From assembly GCA_041691135.1 (NCBI GenBank), contig JBEPVF010000004.1, forward strand, positions 1 to 64,000: a stretch of 64,000 nt of DNA, read 5' to 3'. The DNA is from Candidatus Peribacteria bacterium (GTDB taxonomy: Bacteria > Patescibacteriota > Gracilibacteria > Peribacterales > Peribacteraceae). The translations under genes were made by a program, and so were the position numbers. Positions 58,980 through 64,000 of this stretch are shown one piece after another. The notes under the pieces are model-generated. The model had not been told where the DNA came from. It searched no databases and saw nothing but the letters and a program-made list of their open reading frames with translations. Position 1 is the first letter of the stretch, and the number at the start of each line of letters is the position of its first letter.

Positions 58980-61900
58980 CTAGGTTTTCCCCACTGATCC
59001 GACCACGCTGTAGATCGGCACGATGATGGCGATGGCGATAGTTCCGACGAGTCCGCCGATGAACAATAGAAGCATCGGCTCCAGAATCACCGGCAGCTTT
59101 TGTGCCGTGTCATTGGCTTTCTTCTGATAAATATCGGCGATTTTGAGCATGATCTTCGAGAGAGATCCCGATTTTTCGCCGGTCATCACCAGCTGCTGCA
59201 CCGAGATAGGCAGTAGTCCGTTACTGCCGTGGATGAGCTCGAAACTCTTGCCGAACGAATCACCCTGGTTGAGATGCTCGAGCAGACGGAAGTAGAAATT
59301 CCGATACGCAACGATGGGCGTCACTTCGGCCAGTGAGTTCACCGCTTCGATCAAGGGCACGCCCGCTTCGAGCAGACTGCCCAATATCACACCGAAACGA
59401 GCAATCGTCGCCTCGCGGGCCAGACGGCCGATACCCGGAACTCGGAATTCCATCCACTGGAATACTACTTTGAGCGGTGTAAATTTGGCCAGGATAACGA
59501 TCAAAATCGCGCCTCCAATGGTACCCGGCACTACAATAGCCGCGTACTGTGTAAATCCATTGGTAAAGGCAACCAGAAGACGTGTGACTAGCGGCAATTT
59601 CACATTGAGTGAGAACAGCACACCAATGAGGTTTGGCAGCACGAACAGACCCAGACCCATCACGATAATGAACATGAGGACGATAACGATGGCTGGATAG
59701 ATCATCGCCATTTTGATTTTGCCTTTCAGGTCATTGTCTTTCTCTTCCTGGTCGGCAAGATGTTCCATGTTTTGGGCCAGGTTACCGGCTTCCTCTCCGA
59801 TGCGGATGAGCGATATGGCCTGCGGCGAAAAGAAGTGCTGCGCCTGGAGAGCCCGCCACAATGCACTGCCGCTCTCCACAGCTTCGACGACATTCTGAAG
59901 CATTTTCTTGAGCGGCCGCGGACGCGTTTCGCGCTGCAGCGTATGCAACGCATCGATCAGCGTCAGGCCGGCATTGAGCATGGTCGACAGGTTCTGAATC
60001 AGGTTGGTCCGCTCTTTGCCGAGTCCCAGGAATTTGATGGCACCCATCAAATCGCGCAGACCTCCTTCTTTGACATGCAGAATGTCGAGGCGCTTCTTCA
60101 CATTCTGTGTAATCTTCTGCGACTCAGGCGCCACTGGCGCCTTCACCTCCGTCGATGCTTTGCGAAGATTACTCGTCGGTTGCTGCATCGCCTGCATGGC
60201 GGCTTTCTGCTCGTCCATCACTTCTTCGAGAGCCGTGGGATTGCGGATACTTTCGAGGTGCGAACTCGTCGAGAGGATTTTGCCGGGACTTTCAGCCGGT
60301 GCATCGGTCCCTGCGGCAGATTGTTCTGCGGTCCCCTGATCGGCCTGAGGTTGTGGCAATTCCGATGTCATCACAATCTGTCCCGGCTCCTGCGCGAAAG
60401 CCGAGCGGCTTCCGGCACTCGCCGTCTGCTGCTGAGGAGCTTGGCCCGAAGGAAAGAAGGTGGGGAAATTGCTGTTGAGGAACGAATGTAGCCGCATGCG
60501 AGCAGAACGCGTTTTGAGCTGACGCAACAGTTCCATGCTCAGTTCATCATCCGCTATATCCGCATCGGCAGCACCAGTGGATGCCGATTTTTTGCCTGGG
60601 AACAGTGTCGGAAGATATTTATGTAGCGCCGAACGTGCACTGGCGGCACTTTGCCGGGACGCCGCGGGCTGCGATTCTTTTTTCTCGATCGAGCGAACGC
60701 GCGTCAGGTTGCTTGTGGCAGGGGTCGATAATTCCTGTTGCACAGCGGATTTCTTCCGGAATAGGCGCTGCATGAAGCCCCGTTTTTCGATACCTTCTGG
60801 CGTCTTGTTTGCTGCGAATGGCGAGTCGGCGTCGAAGAACTTCGGTGCCTCTTGTGATGGCACCGTCTGCTCATTTGCAGACATTGGTTCGGTGGTTTTC
60901 GGCTGTGCCACGGGCGTCAGGTTCGACGTCATCGACATGGCGGGACCGTTCGCTTCTGTTTGTGAATCACTCGCGGCGACCGAACTATGCGAGCGATGCA
61001 ACAGTGATCGCAATCGACCGAACATTCCGGCGGACGGGGCGGGCGGAGCCTGTGTTCTAACGAGTGCCGATGCGGGGACCAGCGGTGCGTTCGCAAGCGG
61101 TGCATCACCGCGCGAAGGCATGGGAGCCGAAGCAGCAGGAGTCGTGCCAATCGGCATATCATCCTCCAGCGTTTCTTTGTCTACGTCGGACGAAAAGGTT
61201 GGTGCATTCGACGAAGCCGGTTCGGGCGGGGCCTGATCAGTGGACGAGAGCACAATAAAGTTACTTTCAAGATTCGGCGGAGCACCTACCGCCAGATCGT
61301 TTTGGGTGACCGGTGTCGGCGTCTCATTCTTCTGCTTTTTTGCGAAAAAATGAGCAAACAATCCCGGCTTCGGGAGAGACGGTACGGCAGTTGGTGCGAC
61401 GGCCCGAGGGATGCGTGGCGACAAACGCGACAGAAGTCCGCCGAAAAGCGATGCGCGCTTGACGGGAGCGGACGGAATCGACGCTTCGACTTCAGTCTGA
61501 ATCGCTTCGGCCAGCGCGGAATCCGACGCCATAGTAGGTTCTTGCGCTACGGGTACAGAAACTGATCGGTTCTTATGTGATTTCACCGCAGCGGGAGCAG
61601 CTGCCGGAGATACCGGCTCTTCGGCCAATACCGACGGCGGAGCAGCTACTACCGGCGAGGTATCCTGACCGATTTCAACCGGAACAGATGTCCTGGCGGC
61701 AGGCACTTCGGGCCGAGCGCGTGATAGACCCAACAGGCGAAGCAAACCGCTTTTGCGTTTTTGATGAGCAGAGGATGCGTGCGTCGTCAGTGTCTCTAAT
61801 TTTCCCTTTTCTTTCACGGTCAGTGATCGGTGAAGTTCCTGAAGAAACTGTGATACTTCCGGATCGAGATTTTTGAGTGGCGCGGAAGCGTTTGCATCAT

Positions 61901-62024
61901 GCGAAGAACGTCGTTCGGCATGACCGTGACGGCTCGTCTGATCCTGGTGTTGGGACGAAATATCCGCGCGGTTGCGCGGCCTCTGATGGTGCCTGCTGTT
62001 GAAAGGTTTATTTTTTCTGGCCAT
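58980..62024 (-). CDS. pilC: Type IV pilus platform protein PilC/GspF with a ~650-aa low-complexity N-terminal extension
   Basis: The C-terminal ~350 aa carry two T2SSF repeats (LSTMLNAG, GEEAGNL, AMIYP, LLEAGVP, GEKSGSL, LEP); the start overlaps the pilB stop. Confidence 0.9.
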   Translation of the reverse strand: MARKNKPFNSRHHQRPRNRADISSQHQDQTSRHGHAERRSSHDANASAPLKNLDPEVSQFLQELHRSLTVKEKGKLETLTTHASSAHQKRKSGLLRLLGLSRARPEVPAARTSVPVEIGQDTSPVVAAPPSVLAEEPVSPAAAPAAVKSHKNRSVSVPVAQEPTMASDSALAEAIQTEVEASIPSAPVKRASLFGGLLSRLSPRIPRAVAPTAVPSLPKPGLFAHFFAKKQKNETPTPVTQNDLAVGAPPNLESNFIVLSSTDQAPPEPASSNAPTFSSDVDKETLEDDMPIGTTPAASAPMPSRGDAPLANAPLVPASALVRTQAPPAPSAGMFGRLRSLLHRSHSSVAASDSQTEANGPAMSMTSNLTPVAQPKTTEPMSANEQTVPSQEAPKFFDADSPFAANKTPEGIEKRGFMQRLFRKKSAVQQELSTPATSNLTRVRSIEKKESQPAASRQSAASARSALHKYLPTLFPGKKSASTGAADADIADDELSMELLRQLKTRSARMRLHSFLNSNFPTFFPSGQAPQQQTASAGSRSAFAQEPGQIVMTSELPQPQADQGTAEQSAAGTDAPAESPGKILSTSSHLESIRNPTALEEVMDEQKAAMQAMQQPTSNLRKASTEVKAPVAPESQKITQNVKKRLDILHVKEGGLRDLMGAIKFLGLGKERTNLIQNLSTMLNAGLTLIDALHTLQRETRPRPLKKMLQNVVEAVESGSALWRALQAQHFFSPQAISLIRIGEEAGNLAQNMEHLADQEEKDNDLKGKIKMAMIYPAIVIVLMFIIVMGLGLFVLPNLIGVLFSLNVKLPLVTRLLVAFTNGFTQYAAIVVPGTIGGAILIVILAKFTPLKVVFQWMEFRVPGIGRLAREATIARFGVILGSLLEAGVPLIEAVNSLAEVTPIVAYRNFYFRLLEHLNQGDSFGKSFELIHGSNGLLPISVQQLVMTGEKSGSLSKIMLKIADIYQKKANDTAQKLPVILEPMLLLFIGGLVGTIAIAIIVPIYSVVGSVGKT

Positions 62025-63813
62025 GGGTCATGGTGACAAGAAGTTCGGGTGGAGCAGCGACACGCATGAGCTCCTCAATGGTGGTCATGCCTGACTTCAC
62101 TTTATCGAATCCATCGTCGAACAGGTTCTTGAGTCCCTGCTTGCGGGCGAGGTTGTTCAAATCGGTTGCCGACGCTCGGGAAATGATGAGCTGTTCCATT
62201 TCGGGCGTAATGACGAGCAGTTCGTAGATACCGACGCGTCCGCGATAGCCGGTGCCTCCGCATGAATCACATCCCTTTCCTCTGTACAAACGTACCGTAT
62301 CTTTTTCAGTGAAATATGCATCCGCACCCGGGAAGAGTTTGTGAGCATCGGCAACCGAAATCGAGTAACTGAAGCGACACTGCGAACAGATGCGGCGGAT
62401 CAGACGTTGGCCGATCACCACTTCCAGTGTGGAGGCAAGCAGGAACGGTTCGACCCCCATTTCGAGCAAGCGCGGCACGGCGGTGGCCGCGTCGTTGGCA
62501 TGGAGCGTGGAGAACAGAAGGTGTCCGGTGAGCGCGGCGTTCACTGAAATGGCTGCCGTTTCTCCGTCACGAATTTCTCCGACCAGAATGATGTTCGGGT
62601 CTTGGCGCACCAGAGCGCGCAAACCTTTGGCGAATGTGAGGTCGGTATCGGGATTCACTTGGATATGGTTGATACCGGGAATTTTGTATTCCACCGGATC
62701 TTCGATGGTGGAAATATTTACATCGGGGTGATTGCGCATTTTGAGCAGCGCATACAAAGTCGTCGATTTTCCAGAACCGGTTGGTCCGGTCGTCAGGATC
62801 ATGCCGAACGGCTTGTGAGCGACACGCTCCAGCACAGCCCGGTATTCCTCAGAGAAGCCCAAATCCTGCAACGTGAGCGTACGTACGTATTCTGACAAAA
62901 GACGAAGCACAATTTTCTCGCCGTCCACGACCGGCACGATCGAGACACGGATGTCCATCGTATTGCCGTTCGGGGTTTCGTAACGAATGGCACCGTCTTG
63001 TGCAGCATAATGCTCGTCGATCTTCATGTTGCCAGCGATCTTGATGCGGTTGACGACTCCTTCGTAGTACTCCTTTGGAATGCGTCCCGCTTCGTGCATC
63101 ACGCCGTCCACGCGGAAGCGGACGATGATGATTTTCTCCTGCGGTTCGAAGTGGATGTCTGATGCGCGCAATTCGATGGCGTCATTGAAAATTTCTTCGA
63201 TGATTTCGGGCGCCACTTTGCGCTGCTGATCGATGATCGCCTGGAAACGTGTGGCGAGCGGTTTGCGGTAGTGCACGAACAGTGAGTCGACGACGTTCTT
63301 CGGCGCATAGATGAACTGAATGGCGCCCATCCACTTGGCACGCTCCTGCTTTTTGGCAGTCGAGAACGAGAACGATGATTTTTCTTTCTTCGTATCCTTC
63401 TTGCGCTTCGCCTCTTCTTCTTCAGCCGGATACTCAGGCAACGTCTGATCGACATTCAGACGCATCGCTTCCTCAAGCAACGGATTTCCCGGATCGGCCG
63501 TGGCGATGGAGATCTGATCCGGTGACGGACGAGCGACAATGATGGCGCTGTACGCACGTGCAATTTCTTCGGGCATCATTCCCACCAGTTCCGATGACGG
63601 CGGCGTGGAGTGGATGTTGAAGAACGGCAGACCGTAGTATTCGGCCAGCGCGCTTTCGAACAGTTCCTGCGACAGCAAGCCCTGTTCCAGCAGCACGTTC
63701 TTCAGCGGCACTTTGCGTTCCTGCGCTTGCTCATTGGCATGCTGAAATTCCTCTTCGCTCAGGTAACTTTGTTCGACGAGTATTTTGCCGAGTTCGGTAT
63801 CCTGGAGTGACAT
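62008..63813 (-). CDS. pilB: Type IV pilus assembly ATPase PilB/GspE
   Basis: ASDIHFEP, TGPTGSGKSTT, TIEDPVEY, RQDPNIILVGEIRD, TGHL..STLH and a tetracysteine motif. Confidence 0.95.
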   Translation of the reverse strand: MSLQDTELGKILVEQSYLSEEEFQHANEQAQERKVPLKNVLLEQGLLSQELFESALAEYYGLPFFNIHSTPPSSELVGMMPEEIARAYSAIIVARPSPDQISIATADPGNPLLEEAMRLNVDQTLPEYPAEEEEAKRKKDTKKEKSSFSFSTAKKQERAKWMGAIQFIYAPKNVVDSLFVHYRKPLATRFQAIIDQQRKVAPEIIEEIFNDAIELRASDIHFEPQEKIIIVRFRVDGVMHEAGRIPKEYYEGVVNRIKIAGNMKIDEHYAAQDGAIRYETPNGNTMDIRVSIVPVVDGEKIVLRLLSEYVRTLTLQDLGFSEEYRAVLERVAHKPFGMILTTGPTGSGKSTTLYALLKMRNHPDVNISTIEDPVEYKIPGINHIQVNPDTDLTFAKGLRALVRQDPNIILVGEIRDGETAAISVNAALTGHLLFSTLHANDAATAVPRLLEMGVEPFLLASTLEVVIGQRLIRRICSQCRFSYSISVADAHKLFPGADAYFTEKDTVRLYRGKGCDSCGGTGYRGRVGIYELLVITPEMEQLIISRASATDLNNLARKQGLKNLFDDGFDKVKSGMTTIEELMRVAAPPELLVTMTHGQKK

Positions 63814-63887
63814 GTGAGTGTGTGTATTAAGGAGGGAATTCCGTTTTAGCCCTGGTGTGGTAATTGGTTTTTAAGTTTTGGTAATTC

Positions 63888-64000
63888 TTAAATCATAACT
63901 TCTTTCATCCGCCGGACAATTTCCAGAATCGGCGTGTTGGCTTTGACGAAGTAATCGACAGCACCGAGTGTTTTGGCTCGCAGTTTGTCTTCCTCCTGAC
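63888..64000 (-). CDS. Response regulator receiver, C-terminal part (truncated by the window edge)
   Basis: Minus-strand translation QEEDKLRAKTLGAVDYFVKANTPILEIVRRMKEVMI*. Confidence 0.75.
   Translation of the reverse strand, partial: QEEDKLRAKTLGAVDYFVKANTPILEIVRRMKEVMI

Noticed and set aside
1-64000. Alternative genetic code 25 (TGA = Gly) as in Gracilibacteria/Absconditabacteria
   Set aside because: Conserved genes (secA, sufB, msrA) end at TGA at their expected C-termini and are not fragmented under the standard code.

Overview
A 64-kb bacterial chromosome segment in the standard genetic code (TGA is a stop). It is most consistent with a CPR/Patescibacteria organism, Peregrinibacteria/Peribacteria-like; this is inferred from pilin style, gene content and starts lacking Shine-Dalgarno sequences, and was not verified by a search. 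Main blocks: (i) 0-20 kb surface-glycan locus (two GT-C membrane glycosyltransferases, flippase, four SGNH paralogs, GT9, GT4s, YfhO-like protein, WecB, Gfo/Idh/MocA plus DegT); (ii) 20-26 kb nucleotide-scavenging block (PRTase-HAD fusion, nucleoside hydrolase, ribokinase, convergent HPPD-like enzyme); (iii) dispersed sufD/sufB/sufC/ferredoxin with short orphan ORFs between them; (iv) holB, secA, tsaB, nusA, an exonuclease-DinG fusion, tRNA-Thr and RNase P RNA; (v) a type IV pilus cluster. Best leads: a planctomycete-type DUF1559 prepilin gene inside the pilus cluster; two inverted pilin genes sharing a perfect 228-bp block over the normally variable domain; a dispersed ~240-bp element whose stems covary completely between copies, together with a catalytically dead REP-associated transposase homolog that keeps its promoter; pervasive leaderless promoter architecture (TAnnnT, 6-9 nt, start codon); and an unexplained ~320-nt structured intergenic region. 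Many start codons were moved from the ORF-track positions using the leaderless pattern. All family calls come from motif recognition, not database searches.
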